Of a DNA stretch of 64,000 bases, positions 38,936 to 51,473 are shown in pieces. The stretch is from contig JBHGNT010000004.1 of the NCBI GenBank assembly GCA_043228905.1, positions 21,018,001 through 21,082,000 of the forward strand. Direction: 5' to 3'. Positions within the stretch are counted from its first letter, which is position 1. Each line of letters opens with the position of its first letter. The notes beneath the pieces are model-generated. The model was not told the origin of the DNA and did no database searches. It saw only the letters and a program-made list of their open reading frames with translations. Position numbers and translations under genes: made by a program. This DNA is from Azolla caroliniana (lineage: Eukaryota > Plantae > Polypodiophyta).

Positions 38936-41900
38936 CATAGTTATGTATGTAATTGGTCCTTATTATTTTGCTAGCATCATGTGCATAGTTACTCCCTTGT
39001 AATATTTACACTTGGCTCATGCATGCATACCTACATGCTCTATTGTAGATTCACATGCGTGCAACAAGTATTCATGCCATGTAGTATAAATAGAGGAGTT
39101 CACCTTGAAGGAATTCAAGGTGAACAACACCAATTTTGGAGTCTTTCCTTTAATACTATCTTCTTTCTTGTCCATTTGGTTATCTTCTTGCTTGTCTCTT
39201 GAGCTTATGATCCGTGACAGCTCCCAAGCCCAGTGTCAGTCGGAGTCATTGATGGATGCCCCATAGCATCAGGTGATATAGTTGAAGAGTCTGAACCAAT
39301 TCATGTAATCCTTGGCAATTTGGCTAGTGTCATCTCATTCAACATCATTAGTAGTCCAGAGCACTCCCTAGTTCTTGTTCTTCCATGGTTTGAGCTACAT
39401 ACCCCAACTATTGATTGGAGAAAAAGAACCATTGAAGAAGTCACAATACAATCTGAGCCTCTTAAAACTCCAACAAAGGATATGACATTCCAAAAGATTT
39501 CGACAATCTCTATACAGCAATTACGTGAGGAAGGATGGAAGGAAGACATGTTGGTGTTCGCAGTTTTAACAACACCCACATCGAGCTCACAAGAATCGGG
39601 GGTCCAACTACCGAAGAAATATATAAAATTCTCCGATGTTTTTGATAAGGTGAAGGCCGATAGACTACCAGAGCATCGACCATATGATTGCCCAATTGAT
39701 TTGCAACCCAGAAAAGAGCCTCCATGGGGGCCAATTTATAACCTTTCACCCACGGAGTTAGAGGTTCTTCGTGAATATATCGATGAGAACTTGGCGAATG
39801 GGTTTATCCAACATTCAAGATCTCCTGCCGGCGCACCGATATTTTTCATTAAGAAGAAAGATGGTTCGCTTCGTCTGGTCGTGGATTATCGAGGATTGAA
39901 TAAAGTAACTATTCGAAACCGATATGCTCTACCATTGACTTCAAGCCTTCTGGAACGCCTCAATGGAGCTAAGTATTTCACAAAGTTAGATCTTCGAGGT
40001 GCTTACAATCTTGTTCAAATTCGTCCTGGGGATGAATGGAAGACTGCTTTTCGTACTCGCTATGGCCATTTTGAGTATACAGTGATGCCATTTGGTCTCA
40101 CGAATGCACCAGCAGTTTTCCAACATATGGCGAATGACATTTTTCGAGATTTCCTCGATATTTTCGTCATAATTTACCTAGATGATATCTTGATCTACTC
40201 AAAAACTCAAGAGGATCATGATATACACGTTCGACAAGCTTTGCAACGGTTGCGTGAATATGGTCTCTATGCAAAATTGGAGAAGTGCAGCTTTGACCAG
40301 CGTTAAGTGGAATTTTTGGGGTACATAGTCTCTTCACATGGCATCTTTATGGATCCAGCAAAGGTTCAAACAGTTTTGGATTGACAAACACCACAGTTTG
40401 TGCGAGATGTACAATGTTTTTTAGGGTTCGCAAACTTTTATCGTAAGTTAATCAAAGATTATTCAAAGTTCGTATTGCCCCTCACTCAACTGACACAGAA
40501 GAATCAACCATTTGTGTGGAGTATAAATGCAAACTCTGCATTTGAAGGATTAAAGCAAGCATTTACATCCTCACCAATTTTGATGCATGTTGATCCATTG
40601 AAGCGCTTTATACTGGAAGCTGATGCATCTAACTTCGCACTAGGAAGCGTATTATCCCAGATTAGCAATGATGGCCAACTGCACCCTGTGGCTTTTCATT
40701 CACGGAAATTTGAAGCTGCACAAATCAACTATGAGATTCACGACAAAGAGCTTCTTGCCATTGTGGATTCTTTTCAACAATGGTGTCATTTTTTGGAGGG
40801 TTCTTCTCAACAAATCATTGTCTATAATGATCACAAAAATCTAACATACTTCCAAAGTGCTCGAGTCTTGAGTCGTCGACAAGCTCGTTGGGCGCAGTTT
40901 TTAACTCGTTTTGATTTCGTAATTCTATATCGCCCTAGGACGCAACAAGGCAAAGCAGATGCTTTATCTCGGCGTTCATATATGGAACTTCAACCAGGAG
41001 AGGCCGCATTTGAAAGTCAGAAGCAAATCCTCTTGGGTCCTGACCGTCTACGACTAATGGCTTTTCATGCTATAGACACACCCGAGGATTCAAGTCTTCT
41101 AGACTCCATTCGGGAGCATATTGAGACTGATGAATTCGCCCAAGATATTCTGAACCATATTATCCCAGATCGTGCTTCTTGTTCACAATCTCAAAATCCT
41201 CGTCAAGACTACAACCAGTTCAATTGGCATGATGGTTTACTTTTTCGACAAAATCTCTTATATGTGCTTGATGGTCCTTCTCAACTCCAAGTCTTGCAAC
41301 AATGTCATGATACACCAATGGCTGGACATTTTGGCATCCACGAGACTTTGGCGTTAATTTCTCGAAGGTATTGGTGGCCACGACTTCGCCATTTTGTTAC
41401 GGATTATGTTCATAGTTGGGATACATGTTGCCGATCCAAAAAACCTCGACATCATCCATATGGCTTATTACATCCAATGCCTATTCCTGAGAGTCCATGG
41501 AAATCTATTTCGTTGGACTTCATTACGGATCTACCACCTTCCAAGGGTTTTGATTCTATTCTCACGGTAGTAGATCGTTTTACCAAGATGGCACATTTTC
41601 TTCCTTGCACAAAGGCCATTACGAGCCAAGAGACGGTCGAGTTACTCATGCAAGAGGTGTTTCGGCATCATGGTCTTCCTGATGATATTATTAGTGATCG
41701 AGGTCCCCAATTCATCTCAAAATTTTGGCGGCACATGTTCAAACTCTTACATACTTCTTGCAAACTCTCTTCCGGCTACCATCCAGAAACTAATGGACAG
41801 AGTGAGTGCACCAACCAAACAGTAGAACAATATCTTCGTTGTTTTGTCAACTATCAACAAGATGATTGGGTTGATCTATTACATTTGGCGGAATTTGCTT

Positions 41901-43013
41901 ACAACAACTCAGAACATTCTTCTACTGGATATTCCCCATTTTTTGCAAACATTGGGTACCATCCTCGTTGGACTATGCTTGAACATCCCGAACTCCCGAC
42001 AAACCCGGCTGCTGAAGATCGGCTCACCCGACTCCAAGAAGTTCAAGATATCCTTTTGCACCATTTATGTGATGCTCAAAACACTCAAAAGAAGGTTGTC
42101 GACCGTCATCAATGTGATTCATCGACTACGTTTCAAGTGGGGGATCGAGTATGGCTCTTACAAGGTTGCATTAAAACAACCCGACCTTGCTGCAAATTGG
42201 ATTATCAACGTTTTGGCCCATATGTGATATCTGGTAAGATCAATGATGTGGCATTTCGCCTTGATCTTCCCCCTCATATGCATCTTCACCCGGTCTTCCA
42301 TGTTTCACTTTTGGAGCAGTACACAACCAGCTCTATTCCAGGCCGTCTTACATCTCCCCCACCTCCAATCGAAGTTTCGAATGGCTCTGAATATGAAGTT
42401 GCTGCCATTCTCGACTCCAAGATCGTTCGCAACAAACTGTATTATTTGGTTGACTGGTTAGGTTATACACCTAATGATCGAACATGGGAACCTCTTGAGA
42501 ATCTTGTTAATGCCTCCGAAATGGTTGTTGCATTTCACAACAAATATCCTCATAAGACAAGTCTGAAATCTTGTCTTCCGACTCGTGGAACTCGTTGTCG
42601 AAAAGAGGGGATAATGTCATGACGACATACATTTTGGCCTTACAAGGATTCGAGCCCAAGACGTATTGGTCTATATGTTAGACCTTTAACAATTATACTA
42701 ACATATATGATGTATAGTTATAATAAATGTATTATTAGTTATTACAAGACATTTAGAGTATTCTAGAACATTCTAGAGTATACCAGAACAATCTAGAGTA
42801 TTCTAGAACATTCTAGGATATTCCATGATTATATTAAATATCATAAATATTCTAGAACATTCTAGAATATCAATAAGGACCTATAAATAGGTGTCTGTTC
42901 ATTCATCACAAATCATTCAGTTCAACACCAGTTTGTAGCCCCTTAGCCTACTCTTTGTAATCCTTGCTCACTTATAATATAAACTCTATAAACTCTCTTT
43001 CCATTTCTAGTGT

Positions 43014-43059
<46 letters not shown>

Positions 43060-46000
43060 TACCTTCTACTGTCATCTTATTTTTCTCTCTCCTATTCTCA
43101 AGTCATGACACATCCCAGACATCACCATGTTGTTCCTGGACGACATCCCTATAAAGGGTGTCTAGAGGACACGAAGGATGAGTCAACCGGAGCGGACGAA
43201 TGCTAAATGTTTGTTATGGACCACATCTCCAACTGTGAGAAGATACTGCAAAGGCTTGAGGGCGCTCGGCTTACCTTCTCCGGGGAGAAGTTGGCTTTCA
43301 GACAGCCAGAGATCTTGGTGGTCGGCCACCTGTGCAAGTCGTACGGCCGGAAGCCATCCCCGGCAAAGGTAGAGGCCATCTCGGCAATGAAGGAGTGCGG
43401 ATCCATCACAGAAGTCCAACGTTTCTTAGGAGCATGCGCCTTTTACCACATATGGATACCTCACTACACACACATCACCGAACCACTCTACAGCTTGCTG
43501 AAGAAAAGCAGGAAGTTCGAATGGGTCGAAGAATACACAGAGGCAGTCTGAAGGGTAAAACGAACGTTGACAATGGCACTGGCTTTACGGAAAGTAGTGT
43601 ACACACCGGACTCTTCGGTTCACATCACGGTAAACACTAGCCCGACCGGAATCGGATGGGTCGTAACTCAAGAGGATGAGAACGGCACGTGTTTCCGTAT
43701 CCGGTTCGGTGCGAAGGTATTGAGCAAACGACAGCGAGGATACGCCCAGGTCAAGCGCAAACTGTGGGGTATTGTTTCAGCGGATAAGGTCGACAAGGAC
43801 TACTTGATCAGGACAGAAGTAATTATAGAGACGGACTGCTTGCCGATTCTCGATATGGTCTCCGGATGCACAACTCCTGACCTGGCCATGCTCAGATGGA
43901 TTGCGTACATCAAGTCCCTGAACCCAGAAATACGGCACATCTCTGGAAAAGACAACGCCATGGCCTATATGCTTTCCAGAGCAAGGTTCGAGAAGGAGGA
44001 TGACATGGTATCAGAAGACGAAGAAGTCGGCACAAACTTCTTCAAATCGGCAAGGATGAAGGTAAAAAGGCGGAGCACTCCGTCCCTGAACGAGTTCGAT
44101 GAGGACGACTACGACGGGGAGTGACTTCTAATCGGGAGATTCCTAAAGACGATGACGAAGGACGCCTCGTTGACTAGGGAGGAAGCGAGTCAACTCCGGA
44201 AGAAGGCGTACAGGTACTTCCTATGAAACAGGAAAATTTGGAGGCATCCGAAGTAGCGGAACGACACGCCACTACGAGTAATAGCACGGGCGGAGGATCA
44301 AGAGAGACTGATATCAAAGTTCCACGAAAGCTTGTGGTCCGGGCACCGGGGTACATGGGCCACGTTCGAGAAGCTAAAGGAGAAATATTGGTGGCCAGGT
44401 ATATATAAAGGCGTGCACAACTTTGTGTCAACATGCAAAAGCCGCCAAATGCACTCAGTGGTTCGTCACCGCAATGAGGTGCACCCAACATACCTGTCGG
44501 CCGTACACTTCAAATGGATGGTCGACTTGGTAACAATGTCGATGGGAGTAGGCCAGATGCGATACCCGGTGCTAGCAAGGGAAGATCTGACGAACCAGGT
44601 GGAGGGTCGAGCACTGACAAACAAGACCACCGCAGTCGTATGCAAATTTCTGATCGAAGATGTCAGATGCCGATATGGGTGCATAGGAAAGATTGTGGCT
44701 GACCGAGGAGAGCTGGATCTGGAGGAGGCCGAGGAACTGTTCGACCGGTTAGGTGTGAGGTTGTCCCTCACAACGGCATACAACCCTAAAGCGAACGGGA
44801 AGATTGAGCAAGGCAATGGTCCAATCGTAAAGGCCATTGTACGCGCGTGCGAAGGACGAGTCGGCGACTGGCCGAGGCTACTCCCTTATGCGTTATGGGC
44901 GAACAGGACTACCCAACATTCGGTGACAAGGTACATGCCGGCAAAACTCATGTTCAGGCAGAAACCCATCATACCGGGGGAGCGGAACCAGACCCAACGG
45001 TTGGGATCGAAGGCAACGATTCAGACCAGGAGGACGAGTAACAACTGGCCTCAGAATCCCTCACTAGATTCACTACCCGGCACATACCGGAGGATGTGCG
45101 GTTTAGTGGGGGTGGATGTTGTGAAGATTCCGGGCCATAAGAGGAAACATCGTCGAATACACGGGAACACGAGTGTACACAAGTACACTACCCTTTTGAA
45201 TTAACTTATATGGGAGAGTAACGAGGAGAGCAAATCAAGGAGGGAATCTAGGGATGGATAGCGACGGGTCATTAAAGCTTATGTAACGGTCGCTCCTTGT
45301 GGGATAAAAGGGGCAGCCTCAAACTGTTTTAGGGGATGATGTGGAGGAGAAGAAGGGGCGGCCGAACCAGAGACAGGAGCTCTCGCCTCTCTCTTTCGAT
45401 GGCTCTCGGCTGAAGCTCGACGACCGAACCCCAGAAGTTGAACTCTCTGCTCGTGACCAGAGGTTCACCTTACTGTGTGTGTTTGCTCGAGAGCTCGAAG
45501 CTCGGTCACAAGACCATTCCGGTTGTTTCCCTGCGCTTCACGTGCACGTTCTACCCACTAGCATTAATCTACTACATCGTTTTACGTTGCTATTAGACTC
45601 GAGACTTTGTCACCGGCTCTGATCCAGTTGTAATCGCATACTGCGCTATGCGCCCAATCGCTTTAATATACCTTACCTCGTTAATCTAAGTAGCTTGCAG
45701 TGTCTCTATCTTGTCGCGTCGTGTCGGGCTGGAAACACACAATTCTCTCTCTGCTACTCTTCTCTGTCTACCCACGGTCTCTATGTTCACGCAAAGTTCA
45801 GACTCCTTCCCCTCACTTCATGATTCCTTGGTTCAAGTCCCCCGTGGACCTGCCCCATTTCTACGCATCCACGCGGAATACTGCGACACCGTGGTGAATG
45901 TTTAACGTTTTATGCGTATAAAAGATATGTGAGGCATTTTCCCATATATGTTTTTTTAAAACAAACATATATGTCAAGAGTCCTTATTTCCCTCTCGTTT

Positions 46001-46572
46001 ACCACAAACTATGTTGGTACGTTACCTAATCTCAAGTCTCATAATTACGATGGCATACGCCAAAGTACAACCTAATGGACAAGCCAAATGAGCCCTCTTT
46101 TCGTAGTAGGCCCACGTGGCCCATCTCATGGTTACGTCATTACGAATGCCTTTCGTAAGAATGATCTCATGGTGGCATCGTGTCCATGTAATGAGGGAGG
46201 GATGTTGAATATGTGTGTGATAGGAGCAACCTCACATGAAGTGGGTCAAGCCCTACATTCTCAACATCATTGTGGCTATGAGCATTTCATTACGTAACGA
46301 AATCGATGTGACCAATGGGGATGTCAACAAAAAAAATTGTTGAAAAAAGGATGGTGACTACGCCATTCTCACAAAAATGTGAGGACGGCCACCAAGATCC
46401 TTTCCCCGAATATACACATACGATATAGAAATCACGTAATAACCAATATACACATATGTATATTTATCACATATATACGATCAAATACGTATACACGTGA
46501 CCACAAATGCGTATATTAAGAAAAATCATAACATCAAATAGCCAACATATTATGAAATCGAGACATGTAATC

Positions 46573-46830
46573 GAGGCATATAGCCTCTACGCACACGAAA
46601 CATCCAAAAATAAGGGTTAATCGTAATACGCAATTGAGGTATTGACCTCTTACACATACGATACCAAATGTATATCATTTACATAAAAATCGAGGTATTG
46701 ACCTCATACGCATATGTAGCATATGTATGTGAACGTAATACGCAATTAAGGTATTAACCTCGTACGCATACAACACTAATCAAATATCAAATATATGTCA
46801 AATGAGGTATTGACCTCATACACATATGTA
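46573..46830. repeat. 56-bp periodic repeat carrying the hairpin GAGGT-ATTG-ACCTC
   Basis: Core copies at ~46636, 46692, 46748 and 46804, with a variant at 46573. Confidence 0.75.
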
Positions 46831-47077
46831 AACGTTTTATACAACCAATTAATTACCGCTACAACATCATTGAATCAACGAAAAACAACACATATTGACC
46901 ATATACATGATTAGATGGGAGAAGAAAAAATAGAAAAAAAAAACAAGAAAGAGTTGTCGAAGTTCCTTTGTTGATCGCTATCTAGATCAAGGTAGAACGC
47001 ACGTCGATCGATCACCATCCATTAAGAAGACAAAAACAAATAAAGGAAACATTAGAAACATAAGCTCTGATACCAAT

Positions 47078-47532
47078 TGTTAGAGTTATATTTTAATGTA
47101 AGCATATGATAAGGATAAAAGATATATGAAATAAGAAAGGAGAGAGAGAAAGAAGGGTGTCAATCCACCCGACCACCCCCAAGCGAAGGGATCGAGATGG
47201 ACTCGAGCCTCAATCGGCGTCCCATACCACCATCGTGGCGTCGAGTCGTACCTTGTGCTGGCGCACTCGCTACAAGAGTTGACCCACCACAACGTTAGAG
47301 TCTCGATGTAGTCAAAAGATGATGAAATGAGGGTAGCTAGGCCTCATATTTATAGCGATACCCAAGGCCCCCAAGCAAGTTCACACTTGGCCTAATGGGT
47401 TGTCTCAATCCCAAGAATTAAAAGTCATCCTCCCCTTCTTTACACTCTCGTTTAACCCTCACACTTATCCACGTGTATAGAATACTATGGTAAATTCCCA
47501 CCATGGGATATTGTATGGTCATGCCCGTAGCA
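47078..47532 (-). repeat. LTR flanked by a PPT on one side and a tRNA-iMet PBS on the other
   Basis: Minus strand: CTAGAGGGGGAT-TGCTAC...CTAACA-AT-TGGTATCAGAGC (PBS 47064-47075). Confidence 0.8.
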
Positions 47533-49600
47533 ATCCCCCTCTAGAACGAATGTCTAGTAATCTTTTGAGATAGCCACATCATTGCAAGTTTGGTGAATGC
47601 ATATTGAATCTCTCCAAAAAAATTTAGATTTAACCTATCTAAGATGGATTGAGTTGTTGAGTCGTCCTATATCGTGTGATCTTTATATCGAGAATATGGC
47701 GTGAGAATATGGAAAAAGTCAATTGCAATTGTCGTCTAAGTTTGGCAATCTCACAAACATTTTAGTCAATGAGCAACATATCATCCACATAGAGGATAAG
47801 ACACAATTTAACTATCAAACATGTCTTTCACATATAGACAATGTTCCTCATTGTTGCTTAGAAAACTCGACTAACTACATGAAATCATTAAATTTTTCAG
47901 TACCATTATTAGGGTGCCTACTTCCAACCATATAGACTCTTCTTGAGCCACTAGACTAGATGTTCTTAGTTGAGTGACACAAAACCTTCTCGTTTCTCCA
48001 TATAAAATTCCTCATCAAGAACACCAAGGAGGAAGGTTGTTTTTACATCTAGTTGAACAAGTTCTAGGTCCTCGATATCTACATTTTCACAAACATGGGA
48101 AAAATATCGTTGAATGTTGTATCCTTATCGGAAACCCATCACAACTAACATGACCTTATACTTGGGACGAGCCAAATAAGATGTTTAGTTGAGTTGGAAG
48201 CCCCATAATATGCACAAAACTAGTTGTCGATTTTTTTGGCAATGGAACCAAATCCAAGTTAATAGTTATGTTTAACTCTGTTGCTAATTCCCAATTAGCA
48301 TAATCAAGAGTTGTCATAGATTCTTTGTATGTGGAAGGTTCATTAGGATCTGTGTAAAAAATACTTGATGGATACCTTTCTAGTGTATAAGTAGTTGATT
48401 GGGTTTGTTGACTACAGATATGGACAGAAGACTCGTCAAGAGAAGGGTTGTCACCTCCTTGAAGTAAATGTTCAAACTTCTAACTTCTAACAATTTGTCT
48501 TGTCTCAAAGGTCCCACAATCTATAACCAATGTTTCCATTAGAACTATAATAGTTGAGAAAGATGCGTTTGCATGAGTGAGACTCCAACTTTCTTCTCTC
48601 ATCCTTGGGTTCCAAGGCAAACGTTTTACATTCGAAGATCCATAGCTTGCCATAGTTGGGATGTTTGTGAGTGTAGAGCTCTTGTGGAACCTTGAAGTTG
48701 AGAGGTCTACTTAGTGACATGTTAAATTATGTGCTCTACAGTGAGTTATGCCATATGATAGAGTAGAATGATCACCATGGAAACATTTCTCTTTTGAATG
48801 GTTAGATTCATTTGTTCAACAATGCCATATTGCCCCAAACTATACAACATATGTCACGATTTCATGTCAGATACCTCTTTGTTCACATAAAAAGGTGAAT
48901 TCATCAAATTTATACTCTCCCCCATTATCGGAACGTACATATTTCAACTTTTGATCCATTTGATTCTCTAACAACCATTGCAAGCCAATCTTGAAAGACA
49001 ACAAAGACTTTGTCATTGGTTCTCATAAGATAGACCCACACAATTGAGGTATCATAATCAATAAATGTGACAGAGTATGAGACATTACTAAGCAGCTAAT
49101 GTGAACACATGGTCACAAACAACTGAAGGAACAAATCAAGGGGTTTCAATTCTCTTGTTGTGTTAGCGAGGCAACTTGCATGTTCGTTGTACTAGGAATG
49201 CACAAAATTGATGGTCGAAATAGGTGAGTTGGGGAATGTAATCAATATTGGATAGATGTGTGATGTTAGTTTGTCTCAAGTGCATGAGTCTCCCATGTCG
49301 TAATGAGAACACCATAAGATCGACCAAAAATAATTCACTCTCCCATTGAGTGACATACTAAGGATACAAGGTATGTACATTGGGTCTCAAGCAAGTATAA
49401 GGTTCCCTTTGTGGATCGACCACCCTCTTGATTGGAAGCTCTACCTATCCTCTTGAGTAGTCGTTAATCATATCATTATCTGCGCACAGAGGATCCAATT
49501 AGTTATACCTTCATTGTACCCTTTTGTTGTAATGGTGTTTGGGTTCCTAATATATAATATAACCTTTGTCTACAAATGATTATCATAATTAACATAGTGG
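47533..49600 (-). pseudogene. Highly degraded Ty1/copia pol (INT-RT)
   Basis: Minus-strand LKYVRSDNGGEY (~48913-48948), GYRLWDL (~48510) and LVQLDVKTTFL (~48040). The right boundary is approximate. Confidence 0.75.
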
Positions 49601-51473
49601 TGGAATTTAGATGTCATGGAAACCTATTTTCTTTTATCATGTTATCAGGAACTAGATTAGTGTGAATATAACTTGCCCTCCATGACAATCAAGTACCATG
49701 AATGAATAAAATTGGATTTAAACAGATGAATTATATTAAGATTATAAATATGACCATGGCCCACACCAAGGTGAAGATAATCAATGACGTATTCAATTAG
49801 ACAAATTTCACATTGACCACTTGAATAACACATGTGGACTATTCATCCATACACCACTATGTACCCAATGAGACTTCACCAACTCAAAGGCTATGATGAT
49901 GCTCAAGAAGATTTATCCCTACATCATCACAGGAAGGAGTTCCTTGAAGGGGTCTTTAGCATATATCCAATAAATATAAGTTTTATCTACCCTTGAGTGT
50001 AATTGATTGGTCACCTAATTGCGTAATGTGAAGACAATGACAATAGCACGAAAAGAGATTTAATATGCATACGCCTCAAAGGGAATCAATCACATGTTCT
50101 ATTATTGGGAAATTTCCCCTAGACCAATTGAATAGTTTATGTGGACACAATATACACCCAACAATTGTTGTACCCAATGAGACACAATGGGACTTTGACT
50201 TTCAAAAGTGCTATTATGAAGGTTTGTAACTAGATCATCATGCAAAGGAGCTCTTGGAGGTCTTAATATTTCAATTTGACATGTACATTAACTATCGTGG
50301 AACATGTGATTGATTCATTGCCTATTAGGTGTATTGTGAAGAGAATGAGAATAACATGAGAAGAGCAATGCCTAAAATAAATGTGGGGTTAAAACTAGTA
50401 ACAATACCTTATTAACCATGTATCTTGATTTTATTTGAGCGGTTAGGGTCAATATGTCTCCAATTATCTAATTTTCATTAGTATTTTTAGATCCAAGATA
50501 ATATATAAAAGCAATTCTTACTTGTCTATAAATTAGATCCCAATGTAAAATATACAAGTTTATGCAAGCCATTCTTACCTCTCTATAAATTAGTCATAGA
50601 ATTGAGACAACACAAGTTCATTCCTCACCATGGATTAGGCCCATCCCATAAATCACAATCGATTCTCATGAATCTTAAAGTTTTATCTGTCCCCCATTAC
50701 TTAAACTTCTAGACATACTAGCTCTTACTTCTATAGTTGAGGGCATCTACTATACCCAATTCAGGTAAAATTACATAGAAACATCTTATCTAAGAGACCA
50801 AATTCATTAAACATAGAAACATCCAACCGTGTACTATAAAATATCTAGATAACTTTATATATCATGTATGCCTTGATATTATAAAGCCCAATACAAGGGT
50901 GATTGATTGACAATAAGATTTGTCCTTATTAATCAATCACAAGCCCACAAGAAAATATCACACACCTTTACGATAAGTCGAGAATGGGATGCATCGATAG
51001 AGTTCCAGAACATAAGGACATGGTTGATAACACGAAGATGATTACTGCAATGGGAATGAATCCTTGTGGACCATCAAGGATCTTTAATTACTGAAAATGC
51101 CAGACAAGCGGGCACCTAGCGGGGAGGATAGAAGGACACGCAAGCGCGTGCACGAGAGGTTGGTCGGGGTTTTCTCTTCGGGCATGGTAGCGGGTGTGAA
51201 ACCAAAAAAGAACACGAGGAAGAGAAATATCTAAGCTAAAAAAGCCCTCCATTTTATCTACATATATATACATACATGAGAAGGAGAAGTACCTCGATCT
51301 CAGGAGATTTGATCGAATCTATTGACTTTAGATTCTTGAGGTTCAGAAGAATCTTTCTTTTGAGCTGGGGAATCTATCGGCACTAACTCGTATCAAATCC
51401 ATTCATTAATATCAGATGATGATGGCTCGTCGCCCAGATCGACTGTAAGCCTCCTCCTGACGACGACGACGAC

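Larger units (their letters stand above)
30732..39219 (+). mobile_element. Chromovirus G inserted in PR of F
   Basis: 354-bp LTRs 30732-31085 and 38866-39219; TSD GCTCT/GCTCC; gag 31136-35354 split by H; PR ALLDSGA; RT YLDD; INT and chromodomain to ~38870. Confidence 0.95.
28834..43110 (+). mobile_element. Chromovirus F inserted in RT of D
   Basis: LTRs 28834-29278 and 42615-43110; 5-bp TSD CATCC; gag 29372-30497 (CLYCGGPGH..C); PR AFLDSGA split by G; RT 39233-40306; RH-INT-chromodomain 40400-42622. Confidence 0.95.
17229..45888 (+). mobile_element. Element D: degenerate full-length gypsy (tRNA-Trp lineage) expanded to 28.7 kb by nested insertions
   Basis: 5' LTR split into 17229-17679 and 24817-25155; 3' LTR 45117-45888; TSD CCGT on both sides; PBS 25160-25177; gag/PR/RT 25200-28833; RT/RH/INT 43116-44980. 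Confidence 0.92.

Noticed and set aside
15120-42707. Calling the LTR cassettes functional tRNA genes
   Set aside because: Acceptor and D stems are poor and the anticodon loops are non-canonical. The CAT in F's loop lacks U33 and may be chance. They are reported only as tRNA-like promoter modules.
32570-46830. CRISPR-like interpretation of the 24-bp and 56-bp arrays
   Set aside because: Eukaryotic TE context, spacers related to one another, and no cas genes.
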